Assembly: GCF_009914755.1 (NCBI RefSeq)
Contig: NC_060936.1
Length of the DNA: 64,000 nucleotides
DNA from: the human T2T-CHM13v2.0 reference genome, Homo sapiens
Strand: one strand, 5' to 3'
In this document: piece by piece, positions 32,586-47,300 of the stretch
Numbering within the stretch: position 1 is the stretch's first letter
Layout: each line of letters opens with the position of its first letter
Program-made: the position numbers and the translations under genes
Notes under the pieces: model-generated
Seen by the model: the letters and a program-made list of their open reading frames with translations, nothing else
What the model was told of the DNA's origin: nothing
Databases searched by the model: none

Positions 32586-32586
<1 letters not shown>

Positions 32587-32636
<50 letters not shown>
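32587..32636. repeat. (TA)n microsatellite
   Basis: About 24 TA units, directly visible. Confidence 0.97.
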
Positions 32637-32642
<6 letters not shown>

Positions 32643-32934
32643 ATTATATGTGTATATATATAATGCTATTCACCCATAAAAAAGAATGAAATCCTATGAT
32701 TTGCAACAACATGGATGAGCCTAGAGTACATTGTGTCAGGTGAAATAAACTAGGCACAGGAAGTCAAATACTGCATGAACTCACGTGTGTGTAGAATCTA
32801 AAAAAAGCTAACATCATAGGACAGAGTAGCATGGTGCTTATCAGAGCCTGAGGTAGTTAGAAAGGAGAAGAAAATGGGAAGATGTTGGTCAAAGAATATT
32901 GTCACAGTTACACATTTGACATAATTTTTTTATA

Positions 32935-33200
32935 TCAACTAGAGGTATATATTGGCTGCATATAACAAAAAACTAAACAATTTAAAAGTTCACTGAAAAG
33001 ATAAAAATACATTTTTTTCCATTTATAAATCCAGAGATAGGGACAGTAGTATAATGTCTACACAGTATGGTTACTTTCTATAGCCAACATACTTGCAATT
33101 TTCTGCTGCGCTATCCTGACACATAATTTTCAAAGTATAATTCATAATTAAAGATGGCTGCTGAAGCTTCAATTATCACCTATGTGCACCAAATAAGGGC
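32935..33200 (-). mobile_element. Probable old MaLR (MLT1-type) LTR fragment
   Basis: ttggctgcatataaca and aagatggctgctgaagcttca motifs. Confidence 0.4.
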
Positions 33201-33599
33201 TTAGTTAAATATAACACAGCTGCAAGATGACCTGCAACTAATGTAGTAAGTTTACCTCAACTCATTTCTGCTTCAAATAAAATTTTAGCCTCATGTTACT
33301 AAGGGCAAATAGTAGAAGAAAGAGCAGCAAGTAGGTTCTGTCATCTGATGTGATGATTTTAGAAGAATTGATCTGATTTTTTTTCTATGTATAAAATACT
33401 TCAAAATGGTCAGAGCTGTGCTAATGAATTTCTTCACAAATTAGTTTTGAAGATGCTAGTATTTTATTTATGGAATAATTCAGTTAATTTAAACTTCTTA
33501 TGTAATAAATAAATGTCTAAGAGATAGTAAAGGATTCATTTTTAATATCATAGTTTAAAAAGAAAAATCCAAACTGCTCAAAGCAAATTAGTAAATGTG

Positions 33600-35805
33600 T
33601 CAAGATTAAAACAGTGATATGCTTTTTATACTCTGTGGGTGTTCTATGAATCATAGTTCAAATTTATCAAAAGAAGTTGAGCTCTTTTTCATAAAAAACC
33701 ACACAATACTTTGACAATGCTTTTGATTTAAATATATACTTTTTAATAAAAAAGTTGCATATGGAAATAAACATAAGCAACATAAATGAAAACATTAATG
33801 AATCATATTACAAAGTCCTAAATCACAAATATGAAATAATTTATAAAAATTCAGAAAAAAATTGCCAAAAATAGGTCACAACAATTAATATCAATTTCAT
33901 TTAAAAATATAGATAATTGGTATATATAAAAAATGCCTAAACACATACATAACAAGAGACATGCTCATGAAAGATACATTGAGAAACTATTTTTCACCTG
34001 GTCCAAGTGTATTGTCCACAGTGACAATACACTCTGAGCAGCTGTGAAGAAATAGATACTTTGATACATGGTTTAGAGGAGTTTCAAAACCGATTTGGAA
34101 AGGAGGTCAGCAATATCTAACACCTCTACATGTGCATTCACCTATAACCCATTAACCTCATTTCTATGATTCTTCCCTAAAACATCACATCCATGAATAT
34201 GATTAAATAAATAAGCAACCTAATTTATTCAAATATTACTTGAATTAGTAAAAGATTAGACAGCCCAAATGTCCATCAATAGGGCATTGGTTGAGTAAAT
34301 TATGGCACATTCACACAATTACCTACTGTCCACTAAAAACAAAGAAGACTTCCATGTATTAAATACATTACTTTCTTGGATACATTATTTAATGTATTAA
34401 GTGTAAAAAGCAGTGCTCTAACAGTGGAATGATTAGAAATAGAGATGGTCTTCTCTGACAATGATTTTAATATTTTTGTTAACTTTAAATGATAACTTTA
34501 AATGATGTGGGTATCTTACATATTTGTAAATTAAATCAAATAAAACTAGGAAATTAAACCAAGAAAAAATAATGAAAGTAAACATAAATAAAATCAATAT
34601 AATATTCACATAGTTGAAAAAGTTATTCCAAGTGATTTTGAAATACAGTATTCTGACCAAACTTTTGTTTTATTTGCCTGTTTTCTTTCTTTTGTTTTTA
34701 ATAAGGGAAAAAAGCACCTTAAAGAAATCTTAACTATTTCACTCAGAGGATTTATGGGGAATAACATTGTTTTGAAACTATTGAGAAATAAATAAGTAGT
34801 AAGTATATTAAGATGATATATTTAAATTTATATCTTGATATTAAGTATATTTAATATTTTAAGTATAGCAACAAAAGATACAAACTTTTTAAATTTGAGA
34901 GTAATAATAAAAAACAAAAGAAGAAAACTTTGTAATATTAAGTATGAATTTAAAATATCAATATAAATTTGTGTTTTAACAAACACTGTGAGTACCTAGA
35001 AGCAGTGATATTCAATAATGCAGATCTTGGTTTCTGAATATCATCAACTCCAAAAGGAAGTGGCTATCCTTGGAAATATGTCTGTCTAGGTCTGGGGCAG
35101 TGAGTGTATTAAGTATACCTAGGCCATTGTGTTGTTTAAGAAAGAATGTACATCCTGAATGACTATAAACATTTTTTTGTGTGTTCCCCCTCAGCAATAA
35201 ATAGATAAATAATTTTTCGGGTATCAGTTTGAAAAAGTCCACACAGGCTACATTTGGGGTGATTTGAGCATAGAAAGAATAACAAGCGTAATTGACCATA
35301 GCATATAAAATAAAACAAAAATAATTCCATAGGATATACATGAAAGAAAGTCCTGCCTGGAGGATTGCCAGATAAACTCATGGTAGATTGACCCTCCTTA
35401 TAGATTCAAACAATATTAACTCTGGACAAATACAAACAAAACAAAAGAGAAAGGAAAACAAAACTGTGAATTATCTGAAACTAAATAAAGGCAGACACAT
35501 TCTAGACAGAAACTGACACCTGTAAAAGGAATGCATTCGATAGAATCCCTACATTCCTCTCTCCTTTGAGATATATATATATCCTGTATAATTACTTCCT
35601 GTTGAGTGAAGGTGAGATCTGTGAATATGATATCAGTCATCACATAAATATCAGGATAGTTGCTACCATTGGGAAGAAAAGATAGAACAGAGATTCTAGG
35701 ATGTTGGCAGTGTTATATTTCTTGGCCTGGTAGTGTTTATTCTGATAATTCACTGGGCTGGCATACATGATGAGTGCATCTTTCTGTATGTGTATTACAT
35801 TTCTT
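33600..35805 (+). mobile_element. Patchwork of old L1ME-type 3' fragments
   Basis: cagcccaaatgtccatcaatagggcattggttgagtaaattatgg; ttctaggatgttggcagtgttatatttcttggcctgg. Confidence 0.6.
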
Positions 35806-37619
35806 CATGCATACAGAAATTTCATTCTTTCAATTCTATACCACCCTGTTTCTACCTATTAACATCCATGTTGAGGGAGGAAAAAAAAATCCGTGTTTTC
35901 TTTCTATTTTCTCACCTCCGACTCCCTCCTCCACCAGTTTCCTATTTGTATGTCTCTCAGAACACTTTTCAAATGTCTCCATAGATCTCCTAATTAGTGT
36001 AAGCACTAATGCATTTTAGAATTCTCTGGGGAATGCATGAGCACTGGGGAATTAGTTGAGACTTTTATTATCAGCCTATGTTCCTGGTCCAAGTCTTTAA
36101 AAACAAACTTAGGTTTGACAACGGCCCTTAAAAGTGTTTGCTCTGGACTCTGTTTCTCATTGTACAGCTCACTTGCCTTTTTATGAATATTAAATCCTTT
36201 ACTATGTGCTCTATTTCCAGACCCACTTCTGCATAGTCGATTTTCTAACTTGCCATTCCCACTGAGTCTTCAGGCTATAGATTCCTATCAACTCTAGTCC
36301 TACCGCTAGCTACATAAGCAAGATAGTCTTCATTTCAACCTGGTCCTGTGGATATTTTCAGACCTAGATGACTCCCCACAAATTATGAAACTCCATCATG
36401 TGGGGATGTTAGGAATTCAGACCTGACTTGGTTTACTGAACTAACTACTCTTTATTAGGTGAGCTACTTCTGGAGAGGTTTATAAGCATTATAGTTAAAA
36501 AAAAAAAGAAATAAAAGATTAAGGAAATGACATAAACCTTCTTCAGAAAGATAAATAGGTACTTGGTGGGAGCTAAAACATCTAGTCAGCATATATGATG
36601 AGTGCATCCAACTCCAGTTGGCAACAGGAGTGAGAATTAAGAACAATACTCTAGGAGTTTGAATCAGTAAATAAAATCTATATTCTGTGCCTGAGTTAGG
36701 ATCAGTTGGACACAGACACAGTAGTCAGACAGAGATTAAAAATCAACACTGTCCCTAGAGTGGAGACCATAGACTAGAAGAATAAGCCCCAATGGATTTG
36801 CTAATATTTAATTTCTGAAGTAGACACATTTTCGGAGATGGATGGACAACTGCCCTCCCTAACAGGTATATTACTCAGCTCCACAATACAGCCGGAAAAG
36901 GACTAAACTGAGCATGTTCAGTTTCTTTTCCCAAACTGCAAATTAGATGAATCATTCCTACTCTTACGAGGTAGAAGTGAGTAAGGGGTGGAGAAGTAGG
37001 TCAGGAGTTCTACTAGGTGGATGCTCCCAACATGAAGCTCAGAAAGAAAATCAGGTCTCTACTAATATAGACTATAGTCCAAAAACCTATGTTAGATATG
37101 CCCCCTCGCCATTTGAACCCTTAAGATCCACCATGGAGCTTAACATTTTTGAGAACTCTCTCCTTTTTGAAACTCTTCCCTTCTTTGCATTCCATGAAAT
37201 CATGATTCTATGGTTTTTCATTTTCTTTTCTCCTCTCATCTCTCTCTTCTTCTCTGAGTTATTTTTCACTTCCAACCCACCATGTTTGTACTTTCCAAAT
37301 TTCTAATCCCAACTTTCTCCCATATCTTACCCTTCCTCCACTCTACCTTCCTCTCTCTTTTTCCTTTCCCTTCTCTTCTCTTCCCTTTTCTTCTTCTCAT
37401 CTCGATAGGTGCTTATCTGACATACTTTATTCCTTTTCATGGTTTATATATAATCTCCATGTAGACCAATTATTATTTCACCAAGCATTCATGGTGCCAT
37501 TACTATGAACAAATATAGTAACTGCTAGAGATGGAAAGACAAAAATAGGTATAAAGCATATTCTCCTTAATTAAGATGGTTTTAACTTAATAGTTGATAA
37601 CTTCAAAAACAGTAGTAGT

Positions 37620-37739
37620 TTAGTGCACATCTTCTGGAGCCTTGGAGCCTTACCTGCAGAGTAAGACTCCAAACTCTACTATAGCCACTTGGCTGTGAGA
37701 CCTTTGACACATTACTGATGCTTTCTGTGCTCATGCCCC

Positions 37740-37794
<55 letters not shown>

Positions 37795-37930
37795 GAGAGA
37801 GAGAAAGAGAGAGAAGAAGAAGAAAAATGCTTATCTCAAAACATTGTTGGGAAGATTAAATGAATTAATACATTAACACAATTAGAACATTGCTAGATTC
37901 ATTCCAAGAGTTCAATAATTACTTAATGTT
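37620..37930 (+). mobile_element. MIR containing (TG)n/(GA)n
   Basis: ggctgtgagacctttgacacattact..ctttctgtgctca; ttgttgggaagattaaatgaattaatac. Confidence 0.7.
37741..37812. repeat. (TG)~26 followed by (GA)n microsatellite
   Basis: Directly visible. Confidence 0.97.
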
Positions 37931-39089
37931 ATATTTGAATACTGCATTTTAAATGATGAAGCATTAAATATGTCATATCTCATTTATTTTTTCAATAGTT
38001 ATCTGAAAAAATTATTGTGGTTATTTTTCAGAAAATATAATTGAAACATGGGAACTTATGAAAGGTTAAAAAAATAACAAAACAGAGTCTTAACTTTTAC
38101 CTCTGACTTCTAATAACCCATTCAGTTTTTTTTTCTCACAGTTGCCACTCTAGTTTTATCTTAAGCTCTGCTCTCTCTTCTAAACTCCAATTCCACAGCT
38201 GCTACCAGGGTATTTCACTGACACCATAAAATCAACCTCAATATATGGAGGTTCTAAACTAAATTATCTATTCCCCAAATCTGTTTCTCTTCTTGAGTTC
38301 CTCATCTGTGAATGAGAGAAACTTTTCCTAGCAAACATTTTCAAATATTGCTATCGTCTCCCATTCCTTTCTTCATTATCCTCACAGATATCTCATTTTC
38401 TAGACAGCCTTCATCTAACTAGCATTTCTTCTATCATATCACACTTGGCAATGCCACTGAAATATTCATAATCAGAAATTTATTAACTACAGTCATAGTC
38501 CATTAATTATTTCTCCTCTGTGAAGTCTCTGCAGAGACTAATCCATTCCCCACAGTGCTTGCTGTTGGGCTAATATTTATTGAAATCAAATATCTGTCCA
38601 GCATTTCACATAGATGCTTCATATACATTATTTTCTTTAATTTTCACAATCCAAAAACGAAATATAATTTACCAACAAGCTTTAGAGATAAGAAAACTGA
38701 GGTTTACTTTCTTCAATTAGCATAGTTGTAATTAAAATACAAGCAAGGCCAATTCTAAATGTATGTGCTACCTCTGTGTTCTCCCCCACCTCCCGACCTT
38801 TGATCGTTTTATTTCCTTGCTCAAAATAACACATAGGATCTCACTGCCTCACAAATTGCATCCAAACTCATTAGCCTATTATTTTAATATTCTTTGATCT
38901 ACTTTCAATATACCATTCTAAACCCAATTTCCATTTCTCACAAACACATTTCATTTATACCCAAACATCAGTCACTCTAAATCAACCTGCTCCACAATGT
39001 CCTGCTTTCATCCTGGTGTACAAAGTCGTCCTTCTATTTAAATGGCTTTCCTCCCTATAACTAGCTGTCTAGTTGACCCATCCTTTTAA

Positions 39090-39467
<378 letters not shown>

Positions 39468-41194
39468 GAATAACTAATTCTTTCTTCATACTTCCATAGC
39501 CTCTATAATTTTCTAATTTGTATTTGAGCTATTTGTTCTCTATTTGTATGCTTCCTTAAAGAAGCATATGTCTGTATCTAAGCATCTTTGAAGTCTCTAG
39601 GCACCTGCATAGCACATAAGAATAGCCACCCGGAAATTACTTTTTTTTTTTTTTTGCATTAAAGTATAGTAAGATAATATAGCTAGCAGTGGAAAAACAG
39701 AATCAAGTATATACTATTATGCACACAGTGGCATGCACCAACGTTCAGCTAATAGACATAATACATTAAACTATGAATTTTAACGTCACTGAAAGAAAAA
39801 TTTCTTCTAAGTGTTTTCGAACATTGAGCCAAATGTAGTCAATGCAGCTGAAATGTTTCTAATAGCTCTTTTAAAATTCTGCATTTTGTTCTATTTTGTT
39901 GGAGATCAGCTATAGACTTTTTCTTTTAAAATTAACTTTTGCAGATTATTTGTTAGTGGGACCTATATTGTTTATGGAGAAAAAAATCTATAAAACAACA
40001 GTATTGAAAATTTAGCCACAATTCCTTAGAATGTTACTTCTGAATGAAGAATAATGAAGTTTAGTACAAGTCTCTTAAATACTGAATATAAACTAGTTAC
40101 TTCTGTTCTCACTTTAAAAATTTAGCAATAAGCAGTTTATTTGGGATGACACATGCAATTCTTTAATTATTGAAAAGTCTAACCCTGCCTATTACAGCTA
40201 TATACATATCTAAAGTTAGAAATAATTCTTACTCATAATCCAATTTTAGACACAATAGTGGATTTTAGTTCTTATTATAATACCAGAAGCATAGGCATCT
40301 GTTGATTATTGTTTTAATAAATCTCTGTTATAGCATAAATATACCTTTATTAAATTGAAGAGAAAGAAAGAGTAAGAGATCATTTATCAAAAGTTTCTTT
40401 GAAAACTTTTAAAATATGAGAAAATATTTTTAAAATATTCTCTTATCCAAACTATACTAAACTAAGTTCAATAGTTAAGATTCAAATATTTAGTTAGTTC
40501 AGTTAGTTTTATTAAAGTTAATTACCTTATATCTACATTGCTATATTATTTTGTGTTGTTCAGCAGTAGTCTATTGAATTTGACTGACTCAGAAATTTTT
40601 ATCAAAAACTTCAGTAAGAATATTATATATTGTACAGATCTTAAATATAGTAGCACATTTTAATGTGCTTTAAAGTTTATAAGACGTAAATTATTTGCTT
40701 ACTTGCGAGAATGCTAATAAAACAGTAGGAGTATTTGAAATTTCAGATCAGGTGTTGCCAGAATTTAAAATATACATTTTAAACTAATAAAGAATCAAGA
40801 ATGTAAAATAAGCTTTCTAGTATTTATCTTGGTGAATGATACATTATACTAAAAGAAATCAGATGAACAAACACACAAAAAACCGAAACAAACAAGAAAA
40901 ATTGTTTTGAATAAATGAGTAGTTTAGAGGGCTTAATATTTCAGATTATCTTTGTAGGCCTTATGATTGTGCATTTAGTCATGCTTTGAGGAAGATACTA
41001 TCATTAAATGAAATACAGATGTGCCCCAGAGTAGTTGAGTAAGTAACTCAAGATTCCATAGCTGGTGCTGTAGAAAGCTAAGATTTCAAATGGGTACTTT
41101 GACTCTAGATCTGTGTGCTTACAAAGTATTTCATTTTATTCCCATTTAATGTGTTTATGGAAGCTTTATTTAGAAACTTCTTACAGAACATCAG

Positions 41195-41258
41195 ACTTTT
41201 GAGCTTACAGTACATAAACTTTTGAGCTTACAGTACAAACTTTTGAGCTTACAGTACA
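41195..41258. repeat. Three perfect copies of 20-mer acttttgagcttacagtaca
   Basis: Copies at 41195-41214, 41218-41237, 41239-41258. Confidence 0.95.
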
Positions 41259-41384
41259 AACAGGACACACATACACATACACACACACAAATGCCTTATT
41301 CAAGCATCAACATAAATGAGTTTTCCTTCCTGGATTCCAGAATCTTTGTAACAAGTGTAAGTTTGGAACCAACTGACTGAGCTT

Positions 41385-41713
41385 GCTCTGTCTCTCTCTC
41401 TCTCTCTTCCTCCCTTCCTCCCTTCCTTTCTTCCTTTCTTCTTTCCATGTAGTCTTCCTCTGTCACCCAGGCTGGAGTGCAGTGGGCAATCTCAGTTCAC
41501 TGCAACCTCTGCAAGCAATTCTCCTTACTCTGCCTTTGGAGTAGCTGGGATTATGGGTGTGCACCACCATGCCCAGCTAATTTTTGTAGTTTTAGTAGAG
41601 ATGGGGTTTCACCATGTTTGCCAGGCTGGTCTCAAACCCCTGGCCTCAAGTGATCTGCCTGTCTCTGCATCCCAAAATGTTGGGATTACAGGCATGAGCC
41701 ACCGCACCCCGCC
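41385..41713 (-). mobile_element. Alu (Sz/Jb-like) with CT-rich microsatellite tail and internal deletion
   Basis: Reverse Alu consensus 41450-41713; gcaacctctgcaagcaattctcc shows a deletion. Confidence 0.88.
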
Positions 41714-42169
41714 AGAGGTACATCTCTTTAATATTACTTCTATTAATTTTAGAGATGCATTCCTATAAAGAATCATATTTTATATTATATTCTTCACCAA
41801 TTGCAAGTACATAGCTCTAGGTATTTAGTTATTATTAAGTATGGTAGCACTATGCTCTTCAAAGTAAGGGCCATAGGCTACTGACAAGTTCCTATCTCTT
41901 TCCATTAGTGATTCAAGTTGACAGATTCAGAGTAAGAAAAGAACTTCCAGGTTAAACAATCTTTGGTAAGTTTTTAACTCATTTTTCTAACTAGTTGCTT
42001 CTTGTATCTGCAACAATGCCTTCTTTGGAGCAGCCTGTGTTTTATTATTAGTTTGTCTTGTTTTGTTTTGTTATTTAGTTAGTGTTCACACCAATTCTTT
42101 CAGTTATAAATGTTTTCACTATTTTTCAAAAAAAACATAATATAGTGAAGTTTGATAGCAATGTAGTAA

Positions 42170-43500
42170 AGTATTGTGAGAATACACTGTTTACAATACA
42201 ATAAAAGCTCAAAGAAGAAAACAGAATGTTCTAAATTGGGAGAATTTTATCAGGGAAACTTTACTACCATCTAACATTTTGTCTGAGTCCTCAAAGATAC
42301 ACTTTCCTCAGATAGATATTGAAGGATGATTGATACAATAGAAAGAGCATCAGAAACAATGACAAGGATATGAAATCATAAGGATATTCATTCAGAAATA
42401 TTTGATAGAGTGGCATGGGAAATTTAAATGTTTTAATGTTTTTAAGGAGTCTTTTAAACTGTATGTCATAGTTTGGATTTTATTTTCGCAAATAAAGATC
42501 TACTAGTAGATATTACCTTAATTAATATGGATAAGACATTATGTGATGCCTACAATCAAAAGAAATAGTGGCGATAATGGAGAGTGAACAAGTACAGCTG
42601 GAGATGAGAGTAAGGTAGAGTGGATGAAACTTTGCCATCTGAGAGATGTAGGCTGTGAAAGACAGTGAAGCCATTCCATTGTCTAAATTAGAAAGTAAGT
42701 AGAGACAAAGATGTAGAAGAAAGTTATAACATTTAATTTTGGCATTTTGAAATAGCGTTGTTTTCGGCATATCCATCAGAAAATCCAGCTAAGAAGTTTA
42801 ATTGGCCAGCAAAAAAATTGGTGATATCATCAAATATGTGGAAGTTGAAGCCTTAGGATTAAATGAGTTTCCTAAAGAAAATGCTGAGAATGAAGAAAAG
42901 AATCAAACACTGGGGATATTCACAATTCAAAGCGATTCTGAGACAAACTTTACTGAAGATATATCTGAGGGGGAAAAAAAGCATAACCAGAAAAGAACGA
43001 AGAGAAAATGCAATCCAAGAGAGATCTTTCAAGGTAAACAAACAAAAGCTTTGATGATGTCTATTTTTATCAGAAAAATGAAATAGAAGAATCTATTTAC
43101 AGTATTTAGCAGCACAGATGACAATGGTAATATTTGTTAAGGCAAATTCAACAATGGGAGCAGTTGCCACAGTTTACCACGTGGAAGTTGAAGGAAAGAA
43201 GGAAATAGAGTGAATAGCTTATGAAGAATATTCTTTGAAGGATATTGGCTTTGAAGAGTAGTGATACTATTGTCACTAGAAGGACAAAATAGTTAATGGT
43301 GACTTTTTTCCCTCTAAATATGGAGATTTATTATAAGCTATTTGCTGTAAAAAAAAAAAAAATAATAGAGTGTGACAGACTTGGCATCCAGGAAAGGATG
43401 TACTAAACCAGTAGATCAAATCCCTTAAGGAAGAAAAGATGGCATGCTCAAGAGCACAGAGGAGAGATGAGTCTTGAATAGAAACAGACACCTCTTCCCT
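42170..43500 (-). mobile_element. L2 fragments
   Basis: Purine-rich antisense-L2 motifs (ttttggcattttgaaat, gttgaagccttaggattaaatgag). Confidence 0.5.
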
Positions 43501-43599
43501 AGATACTGGGAAAAAGAGTTGACATGTGATTGCAGTGTTAGCGTGTGATACTGGACTTCACAGAAGTCTATGCTGTAGAGTTTACATTAAGGAACTTAA

Positions 43600-44052
43600 A
43601 TAGGGAACATCCTGTTTTATAAGATTATTTTGAGGATGGAGCACAACACACTGACATTCAAAAGGTTAAAGGTAAAACTGTTTGCCACAAACAGCTCTGA
43701 ACAAGAAGGCTGCCCAGCAGGGTCACAAAAGGATTGCATCTGAGGACAGTGTAACAGCAAGCTGGAGCTATAGGAGGTAGCTAATGTATGTCAAGTGGGG
43801 TGTGATTAGCTAGACTTTGTAGACTCCTTACAAATTGGCTAATTTAAATAATTTCTTAGGCTCTGGGATATAGGGGATATAGTCCCTACTTGTCTGTTCT
43901 ATAGCCCTGGGGCAATTAGAGATAGTCCAGTAGTCAGGAGTATAAAAGCCTGAGAAGGAAAGTGTTTGAGATGTGGACTTAATCAATCAGCTGCTGAAGG
44001 AGGACTGACCTACCTCTAGCCAAGGGTTCACAACTGGATCAAGACAGTATTA
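43600..44052 (-). mobile_element. Probable ERVL-class LTR (family uncertain)
   Basis: ttggctaatttaaataattt..ggctctggg..tagggg..gtccctacttgtctg..gccctgggg motif. Confidence 0.5.
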
Positions 44053-44169
44053 ATAAAAATATACCATATTTCACTTATGAAGAAAGATAAGATTTCAGAA
44101 GGTATCTCACATGTATCCTGGATGATTGAGTAAGAAATATGACAAAAAATACAGCTGACATTTTCAGGA

Positions 44170-44380
44170 AGGATTTTGAACATTGTGCATATGTTATTTC
44201 AATCTTTGCTGCCATACAAGGTAAATAATATTATCTGTTTCAAAGATGAGGTATCTGAGGCACAGAGATGTTAAGTAGCTCGTTAAAAGTACTGTATTGC
44301 AGATAAAGGAGCCAAGACAGTGTTAACCTTAGAGCTCAGACTTTTAACTTCTTTTCTCCTAGTGATACCCACTAAGTGCT
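44170..44380 (-). mobile_element. MIR
   Basis: agatgaggtatctgaggcacagagatgttaagtagct core. Confidence 0.75.
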
Positions 44381-47300
44381 TAATGTCTTGCTTAGATGGA
44401 AATTATATCAACTGTAAAGTTATCATTACATCTCTGCACTGTGTCATGCCTCCCAGAAATATTCAGCAACCCAGTTGTAAGAAATAAGAGATTGGGGGTT
44501 ATAGGACAAATCCATGGAAAGCCAAAAGGAATTGGAACTTGTAGTTAGGGTTTAAGGGGTCCAAATAAATAACATATGTTTCTTACCCAGCAATGGAATA
44601 GATTGAGAGAAAGATTAAGGAGTGTGAGTAATAAAAACAAATTATTGCCTTAATTGCTATGAAAGGTGATTATAAAATATGACTTTTCTTCTGAAATCAA
44701 TGAAATTTCTAATTCTTCAGTTCTGTCTTGGATATACCTAGCTGTCACTGGTTCCCCAGATTAACTAGTTGCTGGTCTTTCATTTCAAGGTAGGCTTCCT
44801 TTTATATGACAGATCACAAATAACAATACAAGACTTGTTTCAATAGGCTGGCCACAAAACGTAAGAGGTTAAAGCAAGAATGCTCAGTTCCTTCTCTTAA
44901 ATTCTCAGATGATTCATTCTCCTTTTGTAAGTAAAAAATATGTTGAGTGGAGAGAGAGCCAGATATGTTAGTATAGTAAAAGACCTTATGTGGTAATAGA
45001 AGCAGAGTCATTGCCCTTCTTGTCTCTATTTCTTTGGAATTTTGAGTCCACATGAAGTAATTCATCAAAGAGTTGAGCTTATTGGAGGAGGAAATGAGGT
45101 CATACTTTGGAATATGGATTGAGAGAAAAGGATTGGTTTGAGGGACTGAATTATCCCTCGATATTAATAGGAATATATTTGTAGTAAACTATAAGGTAGG
45201 AGGCAGTAGCAGAGAAAGGCATAGGAAGAATTTTAATTAAATGAAAGGGTATTTTTTTAATTGATAAAACAGACATGAACAGGAAAGGCAAATAAGTTTC
45301 ACACCATTCATGTCCCTTCTTGCTTAGTATGCCCACTTAAAATAGTATTTTGAGAGAACTGAAAAGACTATCCCAAAGCCTCTAAGAAGCACTGGACAAT
45401 GGAGACATTTTCTACTTTTTGTCCCTGAGATTGAATGAACCATTGTCAAAATGTTTACTACCTCTTTCTACTGGCCCCTGCCTATAGGGGAATTAAATTT
45501 CCTCTGTGAATGTGACTCACTTTATCCAATTAAATATAAAAGGAAGAGCTATCATGCATGTCCCCTCTTGTGCATATTCATCTTCCAGGAGACAACATGA
45601 CCCAGAGTAGAGCAACCCTCAAGCAACGGTCTGAAAAGAAAGAGAACAGAAACTCAAGCCACGATTGTACCACAGTGGATATTCAAACTTACACTATGAG
45701 TCTTTGTTTTTCTGTCAGTTTTAAGTTAGTTGTTTTTTAAGCATTACTTAGACTAAGAATATGGATAAGTACTTATACCTGAGTTTGACAAGCTTAAATG
45801 CTATTTCCTTCACACCAAGAAGGAGAATATAATCAATTATAACTCATGACCTGCTTCAAGTGTAATAATAACTGATGCTAATAAGGATCAAAAGAGTGAC
45901 TCCTCAGTGACCATCAGGAGCCTAATTCTAGTCATTCCATTGCTGATAATATTAATGTGGAAAGTTAAGCAAATGAACCCATTAAGCATATTGAAAACTC
46001 AGCAATAGTCTCAAAATAGATGAATAACATAACGTGGTAATTCATCAGGACTCTCATTCTGGGAAATTTAATTAAGCATTCTCTCACCTAAAATACACAC
46101 AATTCAGTTTACTATTATGCTTCTTGAAGCACAATACAAATGAACTTTTTATGAAGCAAGAGCAAAAAATACTTTACTGTTTTTTTCCTTTTTACACCTA
46201 ACAAATGCTTCAGTTTAGGAATGTCTCTAGTACTCAAAGAAAGAATTGTCATTCGTGATTAGAGTATGCTTAAAATTTATAAAATTCTCAATTGGCCTCT
46301 TATACTCTATGTTGCCTCTTAAAAATACAAAAGAAAATGGATGAAAGCTGAGAATTAACATACAGAAGCAGAGACATAATAGCAGAGACAGAAAAAGGCA
46401 AGAAGTAAAGAAACAAAATAATGAAAAAATAATTAGTTGTGGGAATTGAGTAAATGAAACTTTTTTCATTACATAACACCTAGCTTAATACCTTCTCTGT
46501 GGAACATATGTTGAAAGGCCACTTGGATTACCTCTTCTAGTCTATCTCCATTACCCCACCACCACCACCATTTTTAAACTGTGCAAAGATGGTAATATGC
46601 AGTTTATGTCTCCTTTTTAATGCTTTTGCCATAATATTTCATTTTTATGCTTATTTATTTTTTCAGCTAGATTGCTCTACCAAAACAGATGTACATCAAT
46701 ATTTATATCAATATGTATTAATATGTATAACAATTTGCATTAATATGTATATGAATTCTGTAACCTTATTGTATAAGGCTACAGAATTCATTTGGCTTTA
46801 TTTTGCTTTGTTTTTCACAGTTTGGATGGATTTGGGGTGATAAAAAAGTTAATAACTGGAGAGTTCAAACTCTGTTAAGTATGTGTCTAAAATTATTTAT
46901 AACTTTTCAGTGTAATAATAAAAAGACCCACACATTTTTTCATAGATTGCTTTTGTTCTTATTGGTGTACTTGATTAATCTTGTACTGGTATAGTCTAAT
47001 TTTCAATTCGTTATTTCTTAAAATAGCTTCAAATCTTTAAAGCTAATTAGGCATTTTAAACAAATAAGCACATCTTTTTTTACTAATTTGCTTGTTTGCT
47101 CATTTTTCTTGGAGAAATTAAAATCACCTTTGTTTTTATAATGAAAGTAATTTAGTATGAAAAGAGATGAAGCTCACTTGGAGATTTCCTTCTCTGCCCA
47201 GCACTCATGCATGGATCTATTAAACCTAAAACTGACAATTACAATAAAATACTTAAATATTTAAGTATCATCATCACAGACAAAATACTAGAAATATTAT

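Larger units (their letters stand above)
29860..32915 (+). mobile_element. L1MA-type element: 5' region/ORF1 joined to the 3' end, with a nested MER4 LTR
   Basis: ORF1 peptides (NQGIITSP..KEFKIAVFRKL; cttctcagcagcaaccttacaggcc) to ~32375, then directly ORF2 C-terminus and 3' UTR (gcaacaacatggatgagcctagag, gagtagcatggtgcttatcagag). Confidence 0.8.

Noticed and set aside
41195-41258. CRISPR-like direct repeats
   Set aside because: Spacers are only 1-3 nt, the context is eukaryotic and there are no cas genes
42802-43086. 94-aa charged ORF
   Set aside because: Purine-rich antisense L2 remnant, non-ATG start, no domain
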